NCBI GenBank assembly: GCA_031991825.1
Contig: DALYSR010000005.1
Coordinates: 816 to 64,815, forward strand
Reading direction: 5' to 3'
DNA: 64,000 nt
Source: Paracoccaceae bacterium
Lineage (GTDB): Bacteria > Pseudomonadota > Alphaproteobacteria > Rhodobacterales > Rhodobacteraceae
Shown here: piece by piece, positions 20,125-28,879 of the stretch
Layout of the letters: each line of letters starts with the position of its first letter
How positions within the stretch are numbered: the stretch's first letter is position 1
The notes under the pieces: generated by a model
What the model saw: only the letters and a program-made list of their open reading frames with translations
What the model was told of the DNA's origin: nothing
Database searches by the model: none
Position numbers and translations under genes: made by a program

Positions 20125-21228
20125 TTACAGGTTCGAGGTCGCGCCGGTCATATTGGCTTGCAGGTTATAGCGCTCCTCAAGCCCCTTGAGTTCGGCCGGT
20201 GCCCAGCTTTTCCAGAAGTCGGCATAGGCCAGATCGCCCTTGGCGATGGTCAGGTTCAACTGGCTTGCGGCACCGGCGATATCATAGGATTGGATGGTCA
20301 TGATCTCCACCACCTCGCCGCAGGAGGCGGAAAGTTCCGTGTTGCCGCTTTCTGCGATCGCGCGATAGCGGATGCTCACCGATTGCAGGTGCATATCTTC
20401 GGCGCAGGCCGGCTGGAAGGCATCGGGTTGCAGCTCGCCAGCGCGGTTATAGATGCGCTTTTCGAAACCGGAAGTGGTGGCGCCGTGCTTGTCGTCCAGC
20501 GATTTCTTCAGATTGGTCATCGACAGATTGGCCGATTTCGGGATGTGCCATTTGCGCCCGATCAGCAGCGCCACGTCCTCTTCGCCTTCGGCGGCGGTGG
20601 TGTAGGTAACGTTTACCGCATCTTCCGGCGTGGAATCCGAGAAGTCCGACTTGCCCTTTTGCCAGACATCCAGCGACCGCTTTAGGCCGTTGGTGTATTC
20701 TTGGGTTTCACTCCAGTCATTGTTCTTGGTGAAGCCTTTTTCGGTCAATGCAGCTTCCAGCTGGGCGCGAGTCATGCCCGGGGTCATACCCAGGATGTCG
20801 AAGCCCTTCGGGGCGGTCACTTTGAAGCGCTCCTGCATCGGTTGCAGCACGGGGAACAGATCGAAGCTTTCACCCGCCAAGGGACCGCCCTCGGTAAAGG
20901 TCAATTTATACATGCCCTTATCCGCCGGAGCGATCGAGAATTTGACCGCCTCGGGGCAGGTGGCCGAGTTGACGGTCGCAATCGGCGCCATGTCCTTGAT
21001 CGCGCCCGCATCGTCGCGGCTGAAGTTGATCAGGCAGGTGCCGTAGCCCATTTTCCCAAAGCCGCCGACATCGATCTTCAGCTCGCCAAAGCCGCCGATC
21101 TGGGTCAGCGAAAAGCCGATGTCTTGATAGCTGACATTGTAAAAGCCGTCATGTTCCGCGGCAAAGGCGGTGGCGCTGGTCAATAGCACAGCAGCGACGG
21201 ACAAGGCCGACTTGCGGATCAGGGTCAT
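20125..21228 (-). CDS. Exported hypothetical protein (367 aa), no family recognised
   Basis: Start set at ATG 21228, giving signal peptide MTLIRKSALSVAAVLLTSATAFAAE. Four Cys residues. The central GMTPGMTRAQLEAALTEKGF segment is reminiscent of BamE/SmpA-like folds. Local GC is at the native level. Confidence 0.7.
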   Translation of the reverse strand: MTLIRKSALSVAAVLLTSATAFAAEHDGFYNVSYQDIGFSLTQIGGFGELKIDVGGFGKMGYGTCLINFSRDDAGAIKDMAPIATVNSATCPEAVKFSIAPADKGMYKLTFTEGGPLAGESFDLFPVLQPMQERFKVTAPKGFDILGMTPGMTRAQLEAALTEKGFTKNNDWSETQEYTNGLKRSLDVWQKGKSDFSDSTPEDAVNVTYTTAAEGEEDVALLIGRKWHIPKSANLSMTNLKKSLDDKHGATTSGFEKRIYNRAGELQPDAFQPACAEDMHLQSVSIRYRAIAESGNTELSASCGEVVEIMTIQSYDIAGAASQLNLTIAKGDLAYADFWKSWAPAELKGLEERYNLQANMTGATSNL

Positions 21229-21387
21229 GGGACACTCCGAGGTGAATTTGCGCGACAATGCCTTTCCCCAAGGAAATCTGTCAATGGTTTGGCTTAGAAG
21301 CATATGAAACTCTTGGAAATTCAATTCGATTTTCCGGATATGGTCCAGAACTGGCCCGAGCCTTTGGCAGGTGTAAGATTGTGTCCT

Positions 21388-21439
21388 GCCGTCGGGTCGG
21401 GCCATTTGCGCATCGGCAATCATGCTCCGACCCGACGGC
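21388..21439. promoter_or_regulatory. Perfect 13-bp inverted repeat with a 26-nt spacer in the divergent pnp / hypothetical gene control region
   Basis: GCCGTCGGGTCGG (21388-21400) and CCGACCCGACGGC (21427-21439) are exact reverse complements. Candidate RNase III-type leader stem or protein operator. Confidence 0.35.
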
Positions 21440-21614
21440 CCGCTTCCGAACAGGGTTCTTCCCAAAACCCTTATTTTCATGTATGGGCAGACAATCTGTG
21501 ACGTGAGGCCAGCCCCCGGCCACATGCGTAGGATTGGGGGCAGGGCGGCAATGGGGCCGCCATATAACGGGAGCCATGGGACGGGCTCATGATTGCTCCC
21601 AAGAGGAAATGAAT

Positions 21615-23750
21615 ATGTTCAATGTGACGAAAAAGTCGATCCAGTGGGGCCAAGAGACCCTGACGCTGGAATCCGGCAAAGTTGCGCGTCAGGCTGACGG
21701 TTCGGTTATTGCAACCTTGGGCCAGACCCAAGTGATGGCAAACGTGACTTTCGCCAAGTCGCCCAAGCCGGGTCAGGACTTCTTCCCGCTGACCGTCCAT
21801 TATCAAGAGAAATATTACGCCGCAGGTAAAATCCCGGGTGGTTTCTTCAAGCGTGAAGCGCGTCCTTCGGAAAAGGAAACGCTGGTTTCGCGTCTGATCG
21901 ACCGTCCCTGCCGTCCGCTGTTCGTCGAAGGCTTCAAGCATGAAGTCCTCGTCATGGCGACCGTTCTGTCCTGCGATTTGGTGAATGACCCCGATATCGT
22001 TGCGATGATCGCGGCATCGGCTGCTCTGACCATTTCGGGCGTGCCTTTCATGGGCCCGATCGGTGCGGCACGCGTTGGTTTCGTGGACGGCGCCTATGTG
22101 CTGAACCCCGATATGGACGACATGCAGCAGCTGCGCACCAAGCCGGACCAACGTCTGGATCTGGTCGTCGCGGGCACCAAAGACGCCGTGATGATGGTGG
22201 AATCGGAAGCTTACGAGCTGACCGAAGAAGAAATGCTGGGCGCTGTTAAGTTCGGTCACGACGCGATGCAGCCGGTGATCGACCTGATCATCGACTTCGC
22301 GGAAGACTGCGCCAAAGAACCCTTCGACTTCACCCCGCCGGATATCTCGGGCATCTATGGTAAAGTCAAAGCGGCTGGCGAAGCGCAAATGCGCGCGGCT
22401 TTCGCGATCCGCGACAAGCAAGAACGCACCGCGGCGATTTCGGCTGCAGTGACCGCCATCAAGGCATCGCTGTCGGAAGAAGATCTGGCGGATGCGAACC
22501 TGGGTTCGGCCATCAAGAAGCTGGAATCGGACATCCTGCGTGGCGATGTTGTCACCACCGGCACCCGTATCGATGGTCGTAACACCACCACCGTGCGTCC
22601 GATCGTTTGCGAAACCGGCGTTCTGCCGCGTACGCATGGCTCGTCGCTGTTCACCCGTGGCGAAACGCAGGGTCTGGTTGTCACCACCTTGGGCACCGGC
22701 GAAGATGAACAGATCATCGACCAGCTGAACGGCAACTACCGTTCGAACTTCCTGCTGCACTACAACTTCCCGCCCTATTCGGTGGGTGAAGTCGGTCGCG
22801 TGGGTTCGCCCGGTCGTCGTGAAATCGGTCACGGCAAACTGGCATGGCGCGCGCTGCAAGCCGTGCTGCCGGCGCCGACCGATTTCCCCTATACCATCCG
22901 TGTGGTGTCGGAGATCACTGAATCGAACGGCTCGTCCTCGATGGCTTCGGTCTGCGGCGGTTCGCTGTCGATGATGGATGCGGGCGTTCCGCTGAAAGCG
23001 CCGGTTGCTGGCGTGGCAATGGGTCTGATCTTGCAAGAAGACGGCCAGTATGCGGTTCTGACCGACATTCTGGGCGACGAAGATCACCTCGGCGACATGG
23101 ACTTCAAAGTGGCGGGTACCGAAAACGGTATCACCTCGCTGCAGATGGACATCAAGATCGCAGGCATCACGCCCGCAATCATGGAGCAAGCTTTGGCTCA
23201 GGCCAAAGACGGCCGCCTGCACATCCTGAACGAAATGGCGAAGTCGCTGACCTCGGCCAACTCGTTCTCGGAATATGCGCCGAAGATCGAAACCATGCAG
23301 ATCCCGACCGACAAGATCCGTGAAGTGATCGGTTCGGGCGGCAAGGTCATCCGCGAGATCGTGGAAACCTCGGGCGCGAAAGTCGACATCAACGACGACG
23401 GCACCATCAAGATCGCATCGAACGACGCAGAAGCCATCAAAAAAGCCTACGACATGATCTATTCGATCGTCGCAGAGCCGGAAGAAGGCAAGATCTACAC
23501 CGGTAAAGTCGTGAAGCTGGTCGATTTCGGCGCCTTCGTGAACTTCTTCGGCAAGCGTGACGGTCTGGTGCACGTCAGCCAGATCGCCAACAAGCGTCTG
23601 ACCCACCCGAACGAGATCCTCAAAGAGGGTCAAGAAGTGAAGGTCAAACTGCTGGGCTTCGACGATCGCGGCAAGGTTCGCCTTGGCATGAAGATGGTCG
23701 ACCAAGAAACCGGCGCGGAAATCGTCGAACAGAAAGAAGCCGAAGCTTAA
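21615..23750 (+). CDS. pnp: Polyribonucleotide nucleotidyltransferase (PNPase)
   Basis: Two RNase PH domains plus KH and S1 domains ([20 protein letters not shown]). Start set at ATG 21615 (MFNVTKK). Confidence 0.97.
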   Translation: MFNVTKKSIQWGQETLTLESGKVARQADGSVIATLGQTQVMANVTFAKSPKPGQDFFPLTVHYQEKYYAAGKIPGGFFKREARPSEKETLVSRLIDRPCRPLFVEGFKHEVLVMATVLSCDLVNDPDIVAMIAASAALTISGVPFMGPIGAARVGFVDGAYVLNPDMDDMQQLRTKPDQRLDLVVAGTKDAVMMVESEAYELTEEEMLGAVKFGHDAMQPVIDLIIDFAEDCAKEPFDFTPPDISGIYGKVKAAGEAQMRAAFAIRDKQERTAAISAAVTAIKASLSEEDLADANLGSAIKKLESDILRGDVVTTGTRIDGRNTTTVRPIVCETGVLPRTHGSSLFTRGETQGLVVTTLGTGEDEQIIDQLNGNYRSNFLLHYNFPPYSVGEVGRVGSPGRREIGHGKLAWRALQAVLPAPTDFPYTIRVVSEITESNGSSSMASVCGGSLSMMDAGVPLKAPVAGVAMGLILQEDGQYAVLTDILGDEDHLGDMDFKVAGTENGITSLQMDIKIAGITPAIMEQALAQAKDGRLHILNEMAKSLTSANSFSEYAPKIETMQIPTDKIREVIGSGGKVIREIVETSGAKVDINDDGTIKIASNDAEAIKKAYDMIYSIVAEPEEGKIYTGKVVKLVDFGAFVNFFGKRDGLVHVSQIANKRLTHPNEILKEGQEVKVKLLGFDDRGKVRLGMKMVDQETGAEIVEQKEAEA

Positions 23751-23772
23751 TCGCTGCCGCTTTGATCTAAGG

Positions 23773-23805
23773 AAAGGCCCCGCCAAATTGGTGGGGCCTT
23801 TTCCT
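23773..23805 (+). terminator. Intrinsic terminator after pnp
   Basis: GGCCCCGCCA-AAT-TGGTGGGGCC (one G-U pair) followed by TTTTCC. Confidence 0.7.
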
Positions 23806-23905
23806 ATCGCTTTTCAACACTTCCGCGTGAAACGCCGTCACATCCCTTTGCTGCGCGAAAATCCTACTTAGTTTAGAGAAAAGACTATTCTGAGGTTATG
23901 CCGAG

Positions 23906-24514
23906 ATGCTGAAATCACGTCGGTCCTTTATTGCCACCGCAGCTGCCGGTTTGGCTCTGCCTGCTTTGACCGGTCGGGCGATGGCGGCCACAACGGCCAA
24001 AAAGCCCAATGCGGCGACCTATGTCATCCCGCAGGAACACCAGCCCGTCGAAGTCCGGTTGAGCGAGAATTTCGCACCCGGTCAGCTGCTGGTCGATCCG
24101 AACACCTTCTATCTGTATTGGACGCTGGCCGACCGCTATGCGCTGCGCTTCGTGGTGGGGGTCGGCAAAGGCAGTTTGTATGAATCCGGCGTGTTCTGGG
24201 TCGGGGCCAAGAAGGAATGGCCCAGCTGGACGCCCACCAAGGACATGATCGAACGCAATCCCAAACAATATGCCAAGTGGAAAGACGGAATGCCGGGTGG
24301 TCCCAGCAATCCCTTGGGCGCGCGGGCCTTGTATCTGTTCGACGAAAAGCGCGGCGACACCTTCTTGCGCATCCATGGCACCGCTGATCCCTGGACGATC
24401 GGCTCGGCGGTTTCAAATGGCTGCGTGCGCTTGGCCAATGAACATGTCCAACTGCTTTACAATATGGTGCCGATGATGGCGCCGGTCGTTTTGTATGAAC
24501 GCGGCACGGCTTGA
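23906..24514 (+). CDS. L,D-transpeptidase (YkuD domain), Tat-type signal
   Basis: SRRSFIATAAAGLALPAL twin-arginine-like signal. Catalytic motif IHGT...SNGCVRL. Confidence 0.9.
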   Translation: MLKSRRSFIATAAAGLALPALTGRAMAATTAKKPNAATYVIPQEHQPVEVRLSENFAPGQLLVDPNTFYLYWTLADRYALRFVVGVGKGSLYESGVFWVGAKKEWPSWTPTKDMIERNPKQYAKWKDGMPGGPSNPLGARALYLFDEKRGDTFLRIHGTADPWTIGSAVSNGCVRLANEHVQLLYNMVPMMAPVVLYERGTA

Positions 24515-24530
24515 TCCTAAGCGCCACAGC

Positions 24531-24567
24531 AAAAGGCCCCCGCAGTGACTGCGGGGGCCTTTGCATT
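24531..24567. terminator. Bidirectional terminator between the L,D-transpeptidase and peroxiredoxin genes
   Basis: AAAAGGCCCCCGCAG-TGA-CTGCGGGGGCCTTTG, with A and T tracts on either side. Confidence 0.8.
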
Positions 24568-24581
24568 AGCGGCGATGCGCC

Positions 24582-25241
24582 TTAGTTTTGCGGGGCTTTG
24601 GCGAAGCGCAGATAGGGCAGCTTGATATCCAGCGCGCCGAATTTTTCTTCCGCCTGTTCATTGTTCAGGCTAAGCGCCACGATCACATCCTGACCCGGTT
24701 GCCAATTGGCGGGGGTCGCGATCGGCACGCCATCGGTGGCGCGCACCGCATCCAAAGCCCGCAGGATTTCCGCGAAATTGCGGCCCACCGACATCGGATA
24801 GGTCATGGTCAAGCGCACCTTCTTGTCCGGCCCGATGATATAGACCGTGCGCACGGTCGCGGTATTGGCAGGCGTGCGGCCTTCGTTGGGCAGATAATAC
24901 TCCGCCGGCAGCATGTCATAGGCCTTGGCGACCGTCAGCGAGGTATCGTCGATGATCGGGAAATCGGCAGGCGTGCCGCCAAAGGCTTCGATGTCGCGCT
25001 TCCACTTCACATGTTCTTCTGTACCATCCACGGAGACGCCGATCACCTTGGTGCCGCGCGCTTTCCATTCCGCGGCCAGTTGGGCGACGGCGGCAAATTC
25101 GGTGGTGCAGACGGGGGTGAAATCGCGCGGGTGGCTGAAGATGATGCCATAGCTATCCCCCAGCCAGTCGTGGAACTTGATCTCTCCGGCGGTCGAGGGG
25201 GCGGTGAAATCGGGGGCGATGTCATTGATGCGAACGGACAT
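24582..25241 (-). CDS. Peroxiredoxin (Prx6 / 1-Cys-like)
   Basis: IAPDFTAPSTAGEIKFHDWLGDSYGIIFSHPRDFTPVCTTE. Start set at ATG 25241. Confidence 0.92.
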   Translation of the reverse strand: MSVRINDIAPDFTAPSTAGEIKFHDWLGDSYGIIFSHPRDFTPVCTTEFAAVAQLAAEWKARGTKVIGVSVDGTEEHVKWKRDIEAFGGTPADFPIIDDTSLTVAKAYDMLPAEYYLPNEGRTPANTATVRTVYIIGPDKKVRLTMTYPMSVGRNFAEILRALDAVRATDGVPIATPANWQPGQDVIVALSLNNEQAEEKFGALDIKLPYLRFAKAPQN

Positions 25242-25497
25242 GTGGCGCGGCTCCTGTCTGCGATACTTGTTCAAGATAAGCTTCGGGGAAGAAGTTTCCA
25301 TATGAAACGCGTAAACGCAACCAGATAGGATCGATTTGATCGTGACGCTCGGTCCTTGTAGGACAATATTCCTCTATCGGGGGTAGTGGGAAAATAGTCG
25401 TATCCCCACCCACGCGAGCTTGTCTTGCCGCAAAGGGATCCGTTGCTACAATGATCCCAAGCGCCACGGCCAAGGGCCATTTAGTCGGAGCAAGCCC

Positions 25498-26952
25498 ATG
25501 CTGATCAAACGTGATTTCTATATCAACGGCCATTGGGTCGCGCCGCAGGTCGAACATGACCATCAGGTGATCGATCCTTCAACCGCCAAGCCCTGTGCGG
25601 TGATATCATTGGGCGGCAAGGCCGATGTGGATGCGGCAGTCGCTGCCGCGAAGGCGGCGTTTCCGGCTTGGGCCGCGACGCCCCCTGCACGGCGCAAGGC
25701 ATTGGTCGCGGGGATTTTGGCGCAATATGACGCCCGCAAGGAGGAACTGGCCCAAGCGATCAGTCTGGAAATGGGCGCGCCGATTGATTTTGCCCGCGAT
25801 GAGCAGGCGTCTTGCCTGCCTTATCACCTGAAGAATTTCCTGCGCGCCTTCGATCAGATCGAATGGGTTCGCCCCTTGGGGGATCATGCACCGGGGGCTG
25901 CGATCGTGGCCGAACCGATTGGCGTCGTGGGCCTGATCACACCGTGGAATTGGCCGATGAACCAGATCGCGCTGAAGGCGATCCCCGCGATGCTGGCGGG
26001 CTGTACCTGTGTGCTGAAGCCGTCGGAAGAAAGCCCGCTCGATGCGATGCTGTTTGCCGAATTCTGCCATGATGCGGGCATTCCGGCGGGGGTGTTCAAT
26101 CTGGTCAATGGCGATGGCGAAGGGGCCGGCGCGCGTCTGTCCAGCCATCCCGATGTCGAGATGATTTCCTTCACCGGATCGACCCGCGCGGGTCGGGCGA
26201 TTTCGAAGGTGGCGGCGGACAGCCTGAAGCGGGTCACGCTGGAGCTGGGCGGCAAAGGCGCGAACCTGTTCTTCGCCGATGCGCCCGATGGGGCTTTGGA
26301 ACGCTCTGTCACCCATATGATGGAAAACACCGGTCAAAGCTGCAATGCCCCGTCGCGGCTTTTGGTGGAAAGTTCGGTTTATGACGACGTGGTGGATCAG
26401 GCAGGCCGGATCGCAGCCGCGATCCCCGTCGGCATGGCGGCCCAAGCCGGTCCCCATATTGGCCCCGTCGTGAACAAGCGCCAATGGGAACAGATCCAGC
26501 GCTATATCAAATCCGGCATCGACGAAGGCGCGCGTTTGGTGGCAGGCGGCTTGGGCCGTCCCGAAGGGCTGGAGCATGGCTATTACGTGCGTCCCACGGT
26601 CTTTGCCGATGTGACGCCCGATATGACCATCGCGCGGGAAGAAATCTTCGGTCCCGTGCTGTCGATCCTGTGTTTTTCAAGCGAAGACGAAGCCGTGGCG
26701 ATTGCCAATGACACGCCTTACGGGCTGACGAATTATGTCCAGACGGCGGATCAGCCCCGCGCCAACCGGCTGGCGCGCGCGTTGAAATCCGGCATGGTCG
26801 AAATGAACGGCCGATCACGCGGCGCAGGCGCGCCGTTCGGCGGCGTCAAACAATCGGGACGGGCCCGCGAAGGCGGTGTCTTCGGGCTGGAGGAATTCCT
26901 TGAATTCAAAAGCGTTTCCGGTTTCGATTTCGATATCTGCACGGTGCCTTGA
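25498..26952 (+). CDS. NAD(P)-dependent aldehyde dehydrogenase
   Basis: TPWNWP, VTLELGGKG, catalytic GQSCNAPSR, EEIFGPV. ATG 25498 is preceded by GGAG. Confidence 0.92.
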   Translation: MLIKRDFYINGHWVAPQVEHDHQVIDPSTAKPCAVISLGGKADVDAAVAAAKAAFPAWAATPPARRKALVAGILAQYDARKEELAQAISLEMGAPIDFARDEQASCLPYHLKNFLRAFDQIEWVRPLGDHAPGAAIVAEPIGVVGLITPWNWPMNQIALKAIPAMLAGCTCVLKPSEESPLDAMLFAEFCHDAGIPAGVFNLVNGDGEGAGARLSSHPDVEMISFTGSTRAGRAISKVAADSLKRVTLELGGKGANLFFADAPDGALERSVTHMMENTGQSCNAPSRLLVESSVYDDVVDQAGRIAAAIPVGMAAQAGPHIGPVVNKRQWEQIQRYIKSGIDEGARLVAGGLGRPEGLEHGYYVRPTVFADVTPDMTIAREEIFGPVLSILCFSSEDEAVAIANDTPYGLTNYVQTADQPRANRLARALKSGMVEMNGRSRGAGAPFGGVKQSGRAREGGVFGLEEFLEFKSVSGFDFDICTVP

Positions 26953-26982
26953 TCCGTCATGCTTTGGTAAGGATGTTGCCGC

Positions 26983-27249
26983 ATGATCGCATTGCTTCGC
27001 TGGGCTTTGTTCGGCTTTATCGGTTTGAGCATCATCTATCTGGTGATGTCGGTCTATCTGCGCTCCACCCGTCGCGAGGCGCTGGAAAAGCGCTTCGATG
27101 CGGGCAAGGGGGAGGGGCGGCGGGACGATTTCATCGCCCATGGAATGCGGGCCTATGAACAGGGCCTGCAGAAACGCCTGCTTGGCTTGATTTACGTTGT
27201 GCCCGCCATAACCTTTGTGGTCATTGTGGTCGTGCAGAATTTTTGGTGA
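26983..27249 (+). CDS. Small two-TM membrane protein (hypothetical)
   Basis: 88 aa with hydrophobic segments at the N-terminus (LRWALFGFIGLSIIYLVMSVYL) and C-terminus (LIYVVPAITFVVIVVV). It ends 7 nt before the DUF1523 gene. Confidence 0.5.
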   Translation: MIALLRWALFGFIGLSIIYLVMSVYLRSTRREALEKRFDAGKGEGRRDDFIAHGMRAYEQGLQKRLLGLIYVVPAITFVVIVVVQNFW

Positions 27250-27256
27250 GGACGGC

Positions 27257-27910
27257 ATGCGATATCTGAAATGGGGTTTTTGGCTGACGCTATTGGCCAT
27301 CGTATTGTCCTTCCTGCATTATACCCTGCCGCAGCATGACATCGTCCGCATCGTCGGCACCGAAAACCGTCGGGTCGATATCGGCTCGAATTCGATCTTC
27401 TGGTCGGGATCGGAAGTGGGCATGGTCAATTCGACCTCGCGCGATGTCTATTTCATCAACGCGGTCTATCCGAACGGCAAGACCATCGAATACCGCAATG
27501 AAGACACCGGCTGGGGCTGGCCGCCCTATTTCAAATTCGACAGTTCCGGCCTGAATACCGAAGCGAAGGAACTGACCTCGACGCAGGCGGCGCCGGTTTG
27601 GGTATCGGTGACGCATTACGGCTGGCGCAACAAGTTCTTCAGCATCTTCCCCAATGCGGTCGGCATGAAGCAGGTGGAGGGGCCGGATGCGACGATCATC
27701 CCTTGGGTCAATATCATCCTGCTGATCGTGACCTTGGTGATCGCCTTCATGATCCGCCGCGTTTGGCTTCAATTCCGCGAACGCACGATTGATCCGGCTT
27801 TGGACGATGTGTCCCAAAGCTGGGAGGCATTGGATGCCCGCGCCGATGCCGCACGCGACCGTGCGCTCGGGCGTTGGACGCGGGTGAAGAACTGGTTCAA
27901 GAAGAAGTAA
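27257..27910 (+). CDS. DUF1523-like membrane protein
   Basis: N-terminal TM, GWGWPPYFKFDS motif, C-terminal TM. Family assignment is from memory of DUF1523 features. Confidence 0.6.
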   Translation: MRYLKWGFWLTLLAIVLSFLHYTLPQHDIVRIVGTENRRVDIGSNSIFWSGSEVGMVNSTSRDVYFINAVYPNGKTIEYRNEDTGWGWPPYFKFDSSGLNTEAKELTSTQAAPVWVSVTHYGWRNKFFSIFPNAVGMKQVEGPDATIIPWVNIILLIVTLVIAFMIRRVWLQFRERTIDPALDDVSQSWEALDARADAARDRALGRWTRVKNWFKKK

Positions 27911-27913
27911 GGC

Positions 27914-28879
27914 TTACAGCCTTACTTCCGATTTCAGGGGGCGTCCTGCGAAATAGGCCTCCAGATTTTCGACCGCGGACAGGGCCATCGCATCGCGGGT
28001 TTCGACGGTGGCCGATCCGATATGCGGCGCAAGCAGCACATTGTCCAAGCTGGCAAAGCCCGGGTCGATGGCAGGTTCGTTTTCGAACACATCCAAAGCC
28101 GCCATGCCCAGATCGCCCGATTGCAGCAAGCTGATCAGCGCCTCTTCATCGACGACCGATCCCCGCGCAAGGTTCAGGAACAAGCCCTGCGGGCCCAAGG
28201 CGCGCAGCACGGCTTCCGATACCACATGGCGCGTCGCAGCCCCACCGGGCATCATGGCGATCAACACATCGCTTTGCGCGGCCAAAGCTTCCAGATCGGA
28301 TTCAAAGCGATAGGGCAGGCCATCCTTGGGCGCGCGGCCCCAATAGGCGATCTCCATGCCCATCGCTTCGGCACGTTTGGCGATGTCCTGACCGATGGCG
28401 CCCATGCCCGCGATGCCAAGGCGCTTGCCGGTGACGCTGCGCTGCAGGGGATAGGCGCCGGTCTTGGCCCATTCGCCTGATCGCACATAGGCATCGGCCT
28501 GCACCAGACGGCGCTTGGCCGCCAGCATCAGCAGGATCGCCAGATCGGCCACCTCATCGGCCAAAGCCCAAGAGGCATTGGTCATCTTGATGCCGCGCGC
28601 TGCCAAAGCTTTGGTATCAAAGGCCTCATATCCCGCCGAAGTGCAGGCGACCATTTCCAGTGCCGGAAGCTGGGCCAGAAGGGCTTCGCCAATCGGCTCG
28701 CTGCCCCAGCTGACCAAGGCGCGGATGCGCGCAGCATCGGATGCGGAAAAGGCCGCAGAAAACTCTGCGGCCCCCTCCGAATTCAATGCAATGCGAAGCG
28801 GCTGAAATCCCGCCTCCAATCTGGTCTGTGCGACGTCGCGCAGGGGTGAAAGTTGGAGGATTTCAGGTTTTTTTGTCAT
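27914..28879 (-). CDS. D-isomer-specific 2-hydroxyacid dehydrogenase (glyoxylate/hydroxypyruvate reductase-like)
   Basis: GIAGMGAIGQDIAKRA NAD motif, LARGSVVDE, APHIGSAT. Its ATG shares one base with the pheT stop (TAATG). Confidence 0.9.
   Translation of the reverse strand: MTKKPEILQLSPLRDVAQTRLEAGFQPLRIALNSEGAAEFSAAFSASDAARIRALVSWGSEPIGEALLAQLPALEMVACTSAGYEAFDTKALAARGIKMTNASWALADEVADLAILLMLAAKRRLVQADAYVRSGEWAKTGAYPLQRSVTGKRLGIAGMGAIGQDIAKRAEAMGMEIAYWGRAPKDGLPYRFESDLEALAAQSDVLIAMMPGGAATRHVVSEAVLRALGPQGLFLNLARGSVVDEEALISLLQSGDLGMAALDVFENEPAIDPGFASLDNVLLAPHIGSATVETRDAMALSAVENLEAYFAGRPLKSEVRL

Noticed and set aside
21477-23786. 769-aa ORF antisense to pnp
   Set aside because: Same high-GC antisense artefact. 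PNPase on the plus strand is unambiguous, and the antisense product has no motifs.
23822-23840. CGTGAAAC half-site resembling parS
   Set aside because: Only one half of the 16-bp palindrome TGTTTCACGTGAAACA is present. The left half does not match.
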